A stretch of 64,000 bases of DNA from Squalus acanthias (lineage: Eukaryota). Shown here one piece after another: positions 26,142 through 39,609 of the stretch (positions are counted from its first letter, which is position 1; each line of letters starts with the position of its first letter). Under the pieces are notes generated by a model. The model was not told where the DNA came from. It did no database searches and saw nothing but the letters and a program-made list of their open reading frames with translations. Position numbers and translations under genes: made by a program. The DNA is taken from positions 99,138,001 to 99,202,000 of the forward strand of contig CM059434.1 of NCBI GenBank assembly GCA_030390025.1, in the 5' to 3' direction.

Positions 26142-26999
26142 TCCCCCCCTCCCCCCCGAGACTTATTAAACCCCAAATGTTACCTGAACATATTGATTGG
26201 CACCTGACCTTTCTCAGTTGTGATTGGTGTATCCCTTTGACAACTGCAGAAAGGGGTAGTGTTGGTGGCAGTGCCTGTGAACCTTGCACTATCTGATAGC
26301 TGGAAATTAGCTTTACTGTGACTGCGGCAGCCTGTATCCAGTCGAGACTGGATACAGAAGGCATCACAGTTTCAAGGCATGAGATCCATGCGTCTGGAGC
26401 CTGCATGACTTTTATACTCTTCAGGTGAACACTGCAAACAGCTATGCACGCTACACACTAGATTGATGTTTAATGGCCAGAATGGCATACTAGACTGTTG
26501 CTGACCACTTCATTTGCTGATGCTAAAACACCTCCTATTCTTTGTCAAATGGTGAATATATTAAAATTAGGGCATCAATGTCATTAAAGAACTATAGGCA
26601 ACTGTGTGAACAACCACAGGAATAAAACTTTAAACCATCTTAAAAGTGCTGATGAGCTTAGCAACACTAAATCGTAGATATCTTAACATGTATTTCTTTG
26701 ACCCATTTTATGCAGTCTAGCGCCACTAAACCTCCAATATTACTGTATCGAATAAAATGAAATGGTAATTTAACACGGCAGTTCCCCAACTAACCAGCAC
26801 AGTCAGTACCAAGTGAGAACCAGCACAACTCTCTCAAAGTTGTAGCAAAACAGGTTTTCAGTTTCACAGAAAAATTCAAAAGTGCAATAAATGGATACTT
26901 TTCACCAGCTGCTCCTCACAGTCCAACTCCACTAATAATGATGTGAAGTTACAACTCACTCATTGCACTTCTTTATAAACACAAAGAAATCGTACAGCT

Positions 27000-27400
27000 C
27001 GAGCTCCTCTAATGGTTTAGTTGGTAAAGATGGGGTTTAACGAACATACAGACCAGAGGTTCCCAGTTTCAATGCCCAGTCTGTGCTGAGTTAGCCGATT
27101 TCAGTCAGGACAGTGATTTGGTGCTACAATTGGCCTCAGCATTCCTGAACTAGGGAGGGGAAAATCAACAACAGTTTCTCTGCCTGATCACTGGTAGAAA
27201 AGGCACTTGTTGGTGGATGTCTGCTACAGATAGGATCTAGCTTTTAGCTGTGATGCCCGCCATGGTTAAATAGCCTGCTGATAGTCGCTGTCTAGGCTCA
27301 CAGATGAAGAATGTCGATTTGAGCGATACGGGAGGACTGCCAGCACTCATGGAACCCCACCTCAGCACAAGTCAACACCTTCAGGAGGAGAGGAGGGACG
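27000..27400 (+). mobile_element. tRNA-headed SINE (family unnamed; related copies at ~300-600, 31090-31200, 33740-33860, 58590-58880)
   Basis: A-box-like tggtttagttggtaa and B-box-like gtttcaatgccc. The body (ctgtgatgcc..aatagcctgctga..ctgtctaggctcaca..atggaacc) recurs in the other copies. Confidence 0.6.
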
Positions 27401-28261
27401 TGATTTCTTGCCAGCTCAGCAATCTACTTATTTTCAAACCTCGTTGGCTCTTTCACATTCATTGCTGCTATGTGTGCATTCCAGATTTTGTTCGAGGGCA
27501 ACATGGTAAGAAACAGATCTCAACAAGTATATACAGTGATATTGCAACGAGTATGTATTTAAAATGCAAAATTTAATAACACTGTCATAAACTGATGAAT
27601 AACTGGGAACAGAATCCAACTGAGCCTAATTCCATATTACCGTAAGACCTTATCTGTGCCTGTTGCGTGATGCTTCGTGCAGCTCGCAACCCTGTAACTG
27701 GGCTGATTGTGTCCATGTATGTGAAATGCAAATCCAATAAATAACAGTTCTGTAGCAGTACTGGTCCACTCATTTCTGCAGAAATGGTGGTGGCTTGGCA
27801 CTAAAAGCATGAAGCCAAGCTCTTATCCTTCTCAGTTTCTCTTTGCTTCTTTGTGCAAGTTTCTCTAATTCTGTTTCTTTCCAAATTGTTGATATTTTTT
27901 TCCCCATGTATTAAAGCTATTTTCTTTTCTACTCGATCGCGCAATCCACATCGAAAGTCTTGATTAAACCATGTTTGCAATGAACTGATTGTGGAGGGAT
28001 TCCCTAAAAATATCAGACCTTTAATAAATTCACTTCAGTTCACTCCATGAATATTTGTGACCACACATTTTTTTCCCCCAAAACTAACACCTCATCCCCA
28101 GTAATTCTGTCTCCATCGCTCTGTTTCTTGCAGAGATGCTGTTCTCTGGGTCCGGGCAGCCCCCTGGTATCTCATTCCAATGGCCATTCTTCACGTAGAG
28201 CCTTAACAGAGAACGTCAACAGCATCACTACTAAGTGCAATAACTTTCCTCAGCTGAAGCC

Positions 28262-28763
28262 CAACAACAACAACAACAAGTAGTATTTATATAGCACTTT
28301 TAACGTAGTAAAACGTCCCAAGATGCTTCACAGGAGCACCATCAAACAAAGTTTGACACAGAGCCACATAAGGAGATATTAGGGTAAACTTGGTCAAAGA
28401 GGTAGGTTTTAAGGATTGTCTTAAAGGAGGAAAGAGAGGTGGAGAGGTTTAGGGAGGGAATTCCAGAGCTTTGGGCCTTGGCAGCTGAAGGCACAGCCGC
28501 CAATGGTGGAGCGATTAAAATCAGGGATGCTCAAGAGGCCAGAGTTGGAGAAGCGCAGATAACTCAGAGCATTGTAGGGCTGGAGGAGATTAGAGAGATA
28601 GGGAGGGGCGAGGCCATTGAGGAATTTGAAAACAAGGATGAGAAATTAAAATGAAGGCGTTGCTTAACCGGGAGCCAATGTAGGTCAGCGAGCACAGGGG
28701 TGATGGGTGAACAGGACTTGGTGCGAGTTAGGACACGGGCAGCAGAGTTTTGGAAGACCTCAA
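28262..28763 (-). mobile_element. L2 3' end with (TTG)n tail
   Basis: LEVFQNSAARVLTRTKSCSPITPVLADLHWLPVKQRLHF; (caa)n at 28262-28279. Confidence 0.88.
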
Positions 28764-29333
28764 GATAGATACTTTTCAGCAGCAATGATGGGATGGTATT
28801 CAAGAGTGGGAGTCTTGGCTGGTTTTGTCCTTCCATAGATCAGATGAAATTGACTCCAGCTATCAGCTAGCTGCTGATCAAACCTGGGACTCTGCAAGTT
28901 GATATGACTCAAATCCACACTTGGCCGTGTGTTTACACCAACTGAGTTATCAAAACAAAAGTTTCTTAGAGAGACACATTATTTTGACCAATTGGCTTCT
29001 GAATTACTTTTCTGCAATCCTCCCGCAGATAGTTGAAAGCTTGCGATGATAATTTCAGTGCCTCAAAAGATATTTTTTGATTCTGAACTTCCTAAAAACA
29101 AAGCTTTTTATATTTGCTTCTAAAAGGTGTTTTTTTGGTTTGAATAAACTCCTACAGTAATAAGGCGGTAAAATACAGGAATGATTGGCAGTCTGAATGT
29201 ACAAATGAACTTGTTAAAGCATGTTACCTCAAGAGTTAGTGCCCAAACGCCTCCATTGAGCAAACAAAAAAATCTCTTGAGGCTTTATAACATTAACAGT
29301 ATTAATCTATGATGGAAGAAAACCAACTTCTTT

Positions 29334-29934
29334 GATCCTGAAATTCCGGGGGCTGGAGAAGGCGAAAAGCTCGATTTCAGCTCTGTAACATGGCCGCGGG
29401 ACAGGAATTTGGGATGGAGACCACTTGCTCCAGGATCACACTGGCCCTTTAATTCCACGTAGGAGGGGGGGTTCATGGGTGGATTTTCCTCCCACCATCA
29501 GATTAAGGAGCCATGGCTGGGCGAGATCTCAGGCTTCCCCGGGAAATTCACCCAGTAGGCGTCACGATAGGCCCACTGCAATGTATACGTGCTGAGAGTG
29601 CCGTAGGTCCCGTTATGGGCCAAAATGCAGGAGAGAAAAGGTAATTGATTCCAGAGGGGAGCAATTACCTTTCAGAGATGGCCGACAGCTCCTTTGAGAA
29701 CTGAAAAATTCAGGTTGCTCCACATCTGGGAAGGCCATTCCTGGGGTGCTATGCTGTGTCAGAGTGGCATAGTGCATCTCCGTTGCCAGGCCTATGTGGC
29801 GGTGTGTGCTGCTGATGCATCCTAGGTGCCGGAAGCTCACCCAAAGTGTGCTAATGGCCCTGTCTGCAGGATTTGGGACAGGGTCTAGGGCGAAGGACAT
29901 GAGTGAACAGGGGCTCCGCAGGAATTTTTGGCTC
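29334..29934. mobile_element. Harbinger-type MITE
   Basis: TIRs GATCCTGAAATTCCGGGGG / CCGCAGGAATTTTTGGCTC (14/19), with TTT on both flanks. Confidence 0.6.
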
Positions 29935-30421
29935 TTTATCTTTTGTGATTTTTTTTTTGAATCTATAGGTGGTTTTGGTGAATTGGCAGCCCAAAGGATC
30001 ACCACTTCATACCCATCAGAATGGAGCATAATATTTCACACTCTTACTGATCAGCAGTGAGCAAGTTACCACAGAATTTCAATCAAATTGATAGACCACT
30101 AGTCAGCACACGTACATGGAGACTGCTAGCTCAGATATCCAAGTTTGGACTGGTATTTGCAGTCTTAACATCTCCCACAGGGTAATTCATGTCATCTGTG
30201 GTAAGGAGGAAAGTTCCCCTGTGCCTCGGAGGACGGGTCAGAGAGCTCCTTTTCAGATTTGTTCAAACACATGGCAAGTTGAGCAGCATGGACTTTGTGA
30301 GCATTTGCTGCCTTGATTGTGGTGGAGAGCAAAAGAAAATATGGAGAAAGTTATTCATATTTTTACATTGCTAAAATAATAAAATGTAACTTTGAGGATA
30401 TCATCTTGTACAAGTCATTTA

Positions 30422-30941
30422 AGGGTAGAGTTTCCACTTTGGCCACAAACTGGAAATTGGACCCAAAATGTGCTCGAAATTGCGCTGGTCAGATTACAGT
30501 TCAAGCTGCCACTAAAATTAATTTGCATAATCACAAAGGTAAAATCTTCAATGAACCAGTGCAATCGGGCAACACAACAGACAGTAATCATTTTTTTCCT
30601 CCCATTAAAAAGTATTCCTTGCTGTATTTAAGAATGGTAACCTGGTGCAGTTTTATTAATGCAGCTGAAAATGGGATTATCACCAAAAATAAGCATTTTT
30701 AATAAGAGTGTCCCGAACCATCGCAATTAGCGGAATCTCGCAATGCCGACCTGGGGACGTGGCCAGTTTGTGGGCGGGGCTTGATCCGATGAATTTAATC
30801 TTGAACCAGCACAAAAGATCGCGGGAAACACAATGTGCTTTTGGATGCAACTCACTTACGTTTAAAATTCCCCGATCTTTCGTGCTGGTTCAGCAGATTC
30901 CGCCCGGATTACGCTGATATTACTAGTGGAAACTCTACACC
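30422..30941. mobile_element. Harbinger-type MITE
   Basis: TIRs AGGGTAGAGTTTCCACT / AGTGGAAACTCTACACC (14-bp perfect core); flanks TTA/ATA. Confidence 0.78.
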
Positions 30942-31204
30942 ATAATGTTTATTATATGTGCGCACCATAGTAAACTGCTTATTGTCGTTATCCTAAGGAG
31001 AACTTATGTTGGTCTCACTGACTGAATGAGTTGCTTTTGTTGGCCTGCACATTTTAAATGTGCAATTACATTAATTTTTCACCAATAAGCCCATCAACAG
31101 TCAAATGTCTAGGTTTAAGCACCAAGAATGGCTACTTGGTTATCAGCAGCTGTGGACCCAAACCCCAGCAAAAATTCCCATCTTATAGTGAGGACTACAG
31201 ACAG

Positions 31205-31380
31205 AAATGATCTGGACTAAGGAATTGAGGGAACAATAATGAAATGTGCGGATGACATCAAATTGGGGGGTATTTAAAATTGACCACAAGAGGAAATAGA
31301 TAGGCTAGCAGGATGGGCAGATAGGTGACAGATGCAATTCAATGTACAAAAGGGTGAGAATATGCAAACTATAGGATAAT
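31205..31380 (+). mobile_element. CR1 RT fragment
   Basis: NDLD.GIEGTIMKCADDIKLG (degenerate FADD motif). A further CR1 3' fragment lies at ~32045-32330. Confidence 0.6.
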
Positions 31381-31719
31381 GGCAAGGCAACATCATCCGA
31401 CATATTTCCTGTCGTTAATGCTTTAATAGTGCAGGCCATCAGAAACACCATTGCATTCCTGGTGACCAGCATTGCTAATAACACGGGGGTGGGAGGAGAT
31501 TACAAAATGGAAGGGCTACCTTGCCTAGTGCAGAGCAATTGACTCCACTAACCACTGTGGGAGTTTAAATATAAATTGAACAAAATATGTACTTTTCCTT
31601 CAGCCAGTGCAGCCAACCGTGCTACACTGGAACAAGAGCTGCAGTTGTTGTATTCCTCCTCCAGCCCAAGTCGATCTCCCAAAATAGCACAGAGTCTCTA
31701 CCATGAATACTTCAAATCA

Positions 31720-31936
31720 TGATGCGGAGATGCCGGTGTTGGACTGGGGTGGACAAAATTGAGAGGTCGCACAACACCAGGTTATAGTCCAACAGTTTTA
31801 TTTGAAATCACAAGCTTTCGGAACTATCGCTCCTTCCTCAGGTGAAGTCACCTGAGGAAGGAGCGATAGTTCCGAAAGCTTGTGATTTCAAATAAAACTG
31901 TTGGACTATAACCTGGTGTTGTGCGACCTCTCAATT
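31720..31936. mobile_element. Penelope-like element remnant: inverted pseudo-LTR pair forming a perfect palindrome
   Basis: 90-bp arms at 31756-31845 and 31848-31937 with a 2-nt loop (AG). Direct repeat TACTTCAAATCA at 31708-31719 and 31937-31948 (TSD). Confidence 0.8.
31848..31885 (+). ncRNA. Minimal type-I hammerhead ribozyme motif (mirror copy on the - strand at 31808-31845)
   Basis: UCAC-CUGAGGA-A-GGAGC(GAUA)GUUCC-GAAA-GC-UU-GUGA: stem I UCAC/GUGA, CUGANGA and GAAA core, 5-bp stem II, palindromic AGCU in place of helix III. This matches the PLE-associated minimal hammerhead layout. Confidence 0.7.
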
Positions 31937-34599
31937 TACTTCAAATCACCCAGACCCTGGGAAATCTGCGGGGGACGTGGGTGGGACTCCTGCCCCCACA
32001 CACTTCCAGTGGAACCCCCACCACAGAAAAAAAATATCGGCCCTTGTTTCCTCTGATCAGTGAGATGGTAATGAGAGGGCACAAATTTAAAATAATTAAA
32101 AGAATCAACAGGGTGTTGAGAGAAAAAAAAAAAATCTATAGAATATGGAAATCTCTGGCACAAACCATGTTAAAACAGAGTCCATAAATTCTTTTAAAAG
32201 GGAATTACACAATAATTACTTGAAAAAAAGCAATATTAAAAGGTTTGGGAAGCAAGCAGAAGAGTGGGATTAGCATTGGTGGCTCCTGGGGGAAAATGAC
32301 AGGTGCGTACTCGATGAGTTGATTCTATAGATGGGCAGAAAATTGACCAAAAATGTTATTGGAAAATTTTTGTAACAAGAGAGGCTGTTTGGATCGGTTT
32401 TGTGATGTCGAGAAGATTTTTAACGTGACTCTCGACTGGAATCTTACAAATTTGGCAATAGGTTAACATAGTGTATCTAAACCCTGCCTGAAACTGCTCA
32501 AGTATGTTAGTGCCAAAACCCAGATTGATGTATCTGACAGACACAAGCTAACGAACAAAATGCATGTCCTTCAACAGATACAGACCCATCACATCAGATA
32601 ATCCATCAGCACATGAAGAAACATGTTTGCAGCCAGGGCTGAAACTGCTGTTTGGCAAAGTCCAATCCAGTTCCAATTTCAGGCACTAACAGGAACAAGG
32701 TCTGGTCTCGCAACTGCATTTTCACAAATATTTCTTATCGGTAAACTAAATATCAATTACAAAAACTAAAGGCCTCAATTACTGAAAATCTGAAACTAGT
32801 TTGAATGGAAGAAATGTGGAATTTAAATAAAAATAAAAAAGGTGAGGTATTTAAATGGGGCATCACAGTGGATGTTTGTATCTGTCAAGTGAGTTTACTT
32901 TATGTATCAAATAGAAACATTAATTACATTTAATTACTTGAAGAGATGCATAGCATTTAAACCTTGTATATGCCGTAATACATCAGTTCAAAACAATATT
33001 TCTTTTAGCACAGAAATCAGTTCTGAATGAGCTGCACTCCTCACACAAATACAGAGAGAAATGAATAGTAAAGAACAGCACCTCCTGGGGTTCAATCTAT
33101 CCTGTGGCATCATCTGGAGAATTTATTCAGACCCTGGACCAGGACACCTGTTTCAGCCTCCATGGGAGAAACGTGGAATTTGTTGAATCAGGGTCCCTTT
33201 ATCCCAACTGTCACATAAGAATGTCCAGCTGTTCATTCTGGAGAGATTGTTCTGTTGAAACTGCGGATATTCAGCTTCATCTCTGGCGTATGAAGCAGCT
33301 TCTCCTGAACTGGGATGAGGGCGGGTGGGGGGGGGGGGGCGTGTGGGGTTTGAGGAGAAAAGAAAGAAAGCAAGCGAGAAAGAGAGAAAGTAAGAGGGAA
33401 AGAAAGGAGAAAAATGAGATGGACAAACATTGACAGAGATGGGACAAAGAGGAAAACAAAAGAGATGGACGGACAGTCAAAAAGATGAGAAAAATGCAGA
33501 CAAAAATAAATGACACCAAGATAAAAAGAGAGGAGATAGAGTCAGAAAGAGATAAAGAGGAGAATCTTTAGAAATACAGGCAAAGTTTTCCAAAAACATG
33601 GCAAATATTATAGAGAAAAAAAAACTTGCATTTATATAGCACCTTTCAGGATGCTCCAAAGTGCTTCACAGCCAATGAAGTGCTTTTCAAGTGTAGTCAC
33701 TGTTGTAAAGCAAGGAAACATAGCAGCCAATATAAAGACAGCGGGGCAGAGTTTTCTGATCCCCGCCTGGGCAGCAGTATGGGTGCTACAATTAGCCTCT
33801 GTGCCCTTGGGTTAGGGAGGGGAAAGATTGGCATGGGGTCCCTCTCCTAAACCCTGCTGGAACAAAAAAAAACTTTCACGCATATAGTGTCTTATCACAT
33901 CTCCCAGAAATATTTCAAAGAGTTACACAATAATGCAATTTGCAGTATAGTGACAGTTATTATGTAGGTAAATGGGACAGTCATTTTTTATTCGTTCTCG
34001 GGATGTGGGTAATGCTGGCAAAGTCGCATTTATTGCTCATCCCTAGTTACCCTGAGAGGTGGTGATGGGCCTCTTGAACTGTAGGAGTCCTTGTGGCGAT
34101 GCTGCTCCCACAATGATGTTAAGTAGGGAATTCCAGGATATTGTTCCAGCAATGAAGAAGAAACAATACATGTCCAAATCAGGATGGTATGTGACTTGGG
34201 AAGTGACTGTGTTCCAACAGCATTGCTGCTCTTGTCCATGGTAGAGGTCGCTTTAAGTAATCTTGACAGCTGCAGTGCAGAGCAAAATCTCACAAACAGC
34301 AATGAGATGAATGAAAGAAAGAGCTTGCTTTTATATAGTACTCTTCATTACCTCAGGACATCCCAAATGCTTCACAGCCAATGAAGTGCCTTTGAAGTGT
34401 AGTATTTGTTGTAATGTAGGAAAAAGCGGTCGCTAGTTTATGCACAGTAATGTCCCACAAACAGCAGTTAGATAAATGACAGATAATCTGGTTTTTTTTT
34501 AGTTTTTAATGCTACAGCATTAATGAAAAAATCTGATATAGTGTTTATAACAACTGGCTAGAATGTGTTAAAAGGATATTGCATGTTCAAGGGGTTTCA

Positions 34600-35330
34600 A
34601 CAACAACTTGTATTTATATCGCACCTTTAATGAAATAAAACATCCCAAGGCACTTCATGTGAGCGTGATCAGCCAAAAACTGACACCGTGCCACAAAGAA
34701 AGACAGTGGGAGAGATGACCAAATGCTTGGTCAAAGAGGTAGATTTTAAGTCGCATCTTAAAGGAGGAGAGAGAAATGGAGAGACAAAGAAGTTTGAGGA
34801 GAGAGTTCCAGCGCTGAAGGCACGGCCGCCAATGGTGGGGCGAAGGAAGTCAGACCAAAGTTGGAGGAACGCAGAGTTCTCAGAGGCTTGTAGGACTGGA
34901 GGAGGTTACAGAGATAAGGAGGGGCGAGGCCACAGAGGGATTTGAACATGAGAATGAGAATTTTAAAACTGAGGCATTGGTGGACCAGGAGCCAATGTAG
35001 GTCAGCGAGCACAGGGGTGATGGGTGAACGGGTCTTGGCGCAAGTTAGGAAGCGGGTAGCAGGGTTTTGGAGGAGTTGTAATTTATGGAGGGTGGAAGAT
35101 GGGCGGCCAACCAAGAAAGCACTGGAATAGTCAAGTCTGGAGGTAACAAAAGCATAGATGAGGGTTTCAGCAGCAAATGGGCTGAGGCAGGGGTGGAGAA
35201 GAGCGATTTTATGGAAGTTGAAGTCGGCGGTCTTTGTGATGGAGAGGATATGGGGCCGGAAGCTCAGCCCAGGGTCAACTAGGACATAGAAGTATCGAAC
35301 AGTCTAGTTCAGCCTGATCGAGTGGCCATG
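34600..35330 (-). mobile_element. L2 3' end
   Basis: LHKLQLLQNPATRFLTCAKTRSPITPVLADLHWLLVHQCLSFKILILMFKSLCGLAPPYLCNLLQ. Confidence 0.88.
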
Positions 35331-38300
35331 GAGCAAGATGGAACTTGAATGGCTTCCAAACAAAGTTCTAAGAGTGAATTATTCATTCCAACTTATTCTT
35401 ACGCTTTTCAATTTGAGCTGCGCTACTGGACTTGTACCTACTGCTACCATCTCCCATTGAACCTTACCATGACAATCGCTATGGCTACCAGGGATTCCAT
35501 CATGTGACAGCAAACAGATACATGAGCAAAGATTATAAATATGGACCAAGGTTGTAACATGCCTGACAGGATGGAAGAGTTTTATTAAAAATGAATACAG
35601 CATAATACACTTGGCTTTACTAGGAGAGACTTTTGAATTATTATTTATTACGCATTAAGGAATTTGTTCACATTAGAGCAATAGCCATAGGGAAATACTC
35701 AAATATTATTTTTTTTTAAACCAACAAATAAGTCTGCAGCCTCCAAGGAATCCACCACACCCTTCCCACCTCAAACCAGCAAATTCCACAGTGTGCCAAC
35801 TCTTAGTTTCAATTTTCCTAATACACACGCACAGCAGATGTTGTGGGAACTACAGACTGACAGATAAGCTTGTATGGAGATAGGACATCAACTGATGTCT
35901 ATTTTATCAGTAAAATTACAAACACAAACTAATTCATGCCACATGTTTTGGCTAACTGTGCAGTAACAAGACATGAAGCGAGCGAGATTCTCAGATTCAC
36001 AGATACATAAAAGGATGATTCACCATTTTAGTGCAGACACAAAGAAAATGCAGTTTAGTTTGGGCCCTTTTATTACCTATGGGATCTTTGACAGTGTTGC
36101 TTAAACATGGGATTTCTAACATCTGTAGTGGACCCTGTATTTCCAGACACACCAGATATTCTCATTTACAGAATACCATGGAGTACAGGGAACACCATTT
36201 CAAAAGAATTTAGTTGCAGTTCTATGAGTTGTCCTCCAGGGTGAACACAGCCAGTCTCACAGTACAACAGGCCCAGATTTGATTTGAAGTCAATATAATT
36301 GAAGGCCTCGTCAACTCACTGGTGAGTTTTTTGTTCGGACTCAGTTCTTTGGACCACTACGAACGGTGTGCATTGAAAACTAAATTCAGTGCTGCCTTCC
36401 AGGGAATGTTAATGCTCTAGCAGATGCTTTTGATCCTGCAGCATCAACTTCTGTAATGTCATTTTCAGATTTTTATGTTAGATTTAATTGTTGAAACTTA
36501 GATAACACCTTGCATTGATATAGCACCTTTCACACAGTAAAACATCCCAAGGCGCTTCACAGGAGCGTTATCAGACAAAATTTAATAGTGGGTGCATTTT
36601 AGCCCAAACTACAAGATCACGCTGCAAGTTTATATAATTAAAACATTCAACAGTGCACTACCAGTGATGAGAAGACACCACTGCATAAGTCTGTAATTTT
36701 GTGCATTCGTTACTTTATTAACTTGGCTGTGTGGGGTGGGGTGGGGGGAAATTTTCTCTGTTCAGTATTTGGAGGGAAATCATAAATTGATTCTTTGCAA
36801 ACACATTCACAATTTCACAACAAACAATGCACAGAAGAAATCTTTTCCTCTGGTAAACGGTCTCACATTTACCAGATAATGTTCCTTCAAAGGCAACTTG
36901 AAAGATAAATGAACAAATCTAACAAATTATATTGAGCTCTGTGTTAACTAAAATCTTTCTCTACAAAAGTTCAACCGAACAACTTTCCCCAGGTTATAGC
37001 AGCAAAGAAACTTGCTGTCTTTGGGGCTCGATTTTGGCAGAAACCCTGTCACTGCTTTAGTTGTAGCCCTGGAATAAACTACTAGCTGATGACAAATGCA
37101 AACCTTTCGGCATGTTGTTGACAGCATAATCAATGAGAAGTGAAATTTCCGTCTCAAGTTGTTGCATTCACAAGCATTTGCAAAACTAATCAAATCGGAT
37201 TCAAGGCCCTTGTTTACTTCAAGTTATAACAGTGATTGACAAATCTGTAGGAGTTATTCATATAGGGCTTGGCAGGAGCAGCAGGATAAGTTATTAATCA
37301 TTGGCTCATGACAACTGTCTACAAACTATACCTTCTGTTGACAAAGACTTAACATTTGAGCTGGGTGAAGCCCCTACCCAACCCTCCTTCACATTTGACC
37401 CATTCCTATTCTACTATGCTTTCAGGTCATTAACCTGCCTGTTAGGAAGAGCATTACCTGCAGTGACCAGGAACTGCATAGACTGTTAAACAATCCTTCC
37501 ATCATCTGCTGGATGTTATTATAGACACACACAAATACACACATACTTACTGGAAGCAAATTTTAACAGCAATGGAGGGTTGAAAAGCTGGCACTCGTAC
37601 ACTATATAATTCAATAGGGTAGTAACATTTAACTGTGGCACAGAGAAAAGACTATGCAATAAGCCAAAAAAGTTAAATGTGCTTCAGTAAATCCTTACAC
37701 AACACTCACGTGTAAATGGGCAAGCAGTGCTCAGAACTGTGCCACCCAAAGTATATACTTTGATGATGGAGACGCTTATTTAAGCAATGTTGAGCAAGAG
37801 AATGTGTGCGTCACACCAACCATTGTTTTAGCAGTCAGTCTGACCTTGTATCAAACACCAGCATCACTTGACTTACATGTGCCTTTGAATCCATTACTGC
37901 CATAAGATTTCATTCACTGATCTGAGAGTGAGGTCACTGACTGGTTTAAAATCAGGAACTGTCTCAAACCACCAGCTACACAACAGAACGGTTTCTGGAC
38001 TGAATTCAAAATGTAAAGCAGTAGTTAACTGCACAAATGATGGGCAGAATCTTTATTTAGAGACATATGTGGGAGTATTTTTCAAAAATTTAACTCGATA
38101 TCCCAAGAGTAGTTTGGAATAGTTATCAGAGGAAACCAACATCAGTTATTTTAAGCCACTGACACATGCATCAAAGGTACGCAACATCCTATCCTCCCCA
38201 GCAGATGTAGCAGTACTGTCAATACCCTGATCTAGAAAGAATATTAGACAGCAATCCAGGCTCTTGCTGATAGAAATCTTCAGGAGATCCAATTGTGAAA

Positions 38301-38739
38301 ACTAAAAATAGTCCAGTTCATGCTTCACCACTCTGTCTGTCTGCCTGGGGTGTGTGGAGAGAGGAGAGCACAAACTAAAGCTATAGGCAAGCTGACAGAT
38401 TGAACTAACCTGCTCAAGACATTGCGCACACCCATTCCCTTCAATATCTGAAAAAACATCGGTTTGTGGAAATGATGTCTGAAGCCGTCACAGCATCAGG
38501 AAACTGTCCTCTATTTACAGTATTTCCAAAATGCAAGTCACACTTGTGAGTATTCTGCAAAATATTGCTCAGAGTTGTTGAGGAGTTATTAATATGCACA
38601 TTTCAATAAAAATGTTATCCACTGTCTTTTTCAGTAATAAAGCAAAGTGGAACACCGAGCATCCATTTCTGAAATCTGCACAATACCTGAGGCAGTGAGT
38701 TCAAAAGGGACTGGGAACCTGTCAGGCTCATTAGCAACC

Positions 38740-39448
38740 GCACCCCCCGCCCCTGCCCCCCACCCAACCTCACCCCCGGCCCCCACCCAACCCCACCCCC
38801 GGCCCCCACCCAACCCCACCCCGGGTCCCCACCCAACCCCACCCCGGGTCCCCACCCAACCCCACCCCCGGCCCCCACCCAACCCCACCCCCGGCCCCCA
38901 CCCAACCCCACCCCGGGCCCCCACCCAACCCCACCCCGGGCCCCCACCCAACCTCACCCCGGGCCCCCACCCCTGGCCCCCACCCCACCCCACCCCACCC
39001 CCGGCCCCCACCCAACCCCACCTCGGGCCCCCACCCAACCCCACCCCCCGGCCCCCACCCAACCCCACCCCCGGCCCCCACCCAACCCCACCCCCGGCCC
39101 CCACCCAACCCCACCCCGGGCCCCCACCCAACCCCACCCCGGGCCCCCACCCCACCTCACCCCGGGCCCCCACCCCACCTCACCCCGGGCCCCCACCCCA
39201 CCCCACCTCACCCCGGGCCCCCACCCCACCCCACCTCACCCCGGGCCCCCACCCCACCCCACCCCTGGCCCCCACCCCACCCCACCCCTGGCCCCCACCC
39301 CACCCCACCCCCCACCCCACCCAACCCCACCCCCGGCCCCCACCCCCGGCCCCCACCCAACCCCACCTCGGGCCCCCACCCAACCCCACCCCCGGCCCCC
39401 ACCCAACCCCACCTCGGGCCCCCACCCAACCCCACCCCGGGCCCCCAG
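38740..39448. repeat. C-rich (+) / G-rich (-) 23-bp minisatellite, about 30 imperfect units
   Basis: Unit GGCCCCCACCCAACCCCACCCCC (GG at 38778, 38801, ...). Confidence 0.95.
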
Positions 39449-39609
39449 CCATCCAGAATTCTGTTCAAATGAGGTGGCTGCCCAAGATGTGGCTGAAACA
39501 CTGTCAGTGCCCCAGCTGCAATAGCACCCATTTGGAACTGGCACTGAAGTGGGGGGGGGGGGGCGGAAAGAGAGAGAGAGGGGGGGCGGCACCACTCCAC
39601 TTTTTAAGT

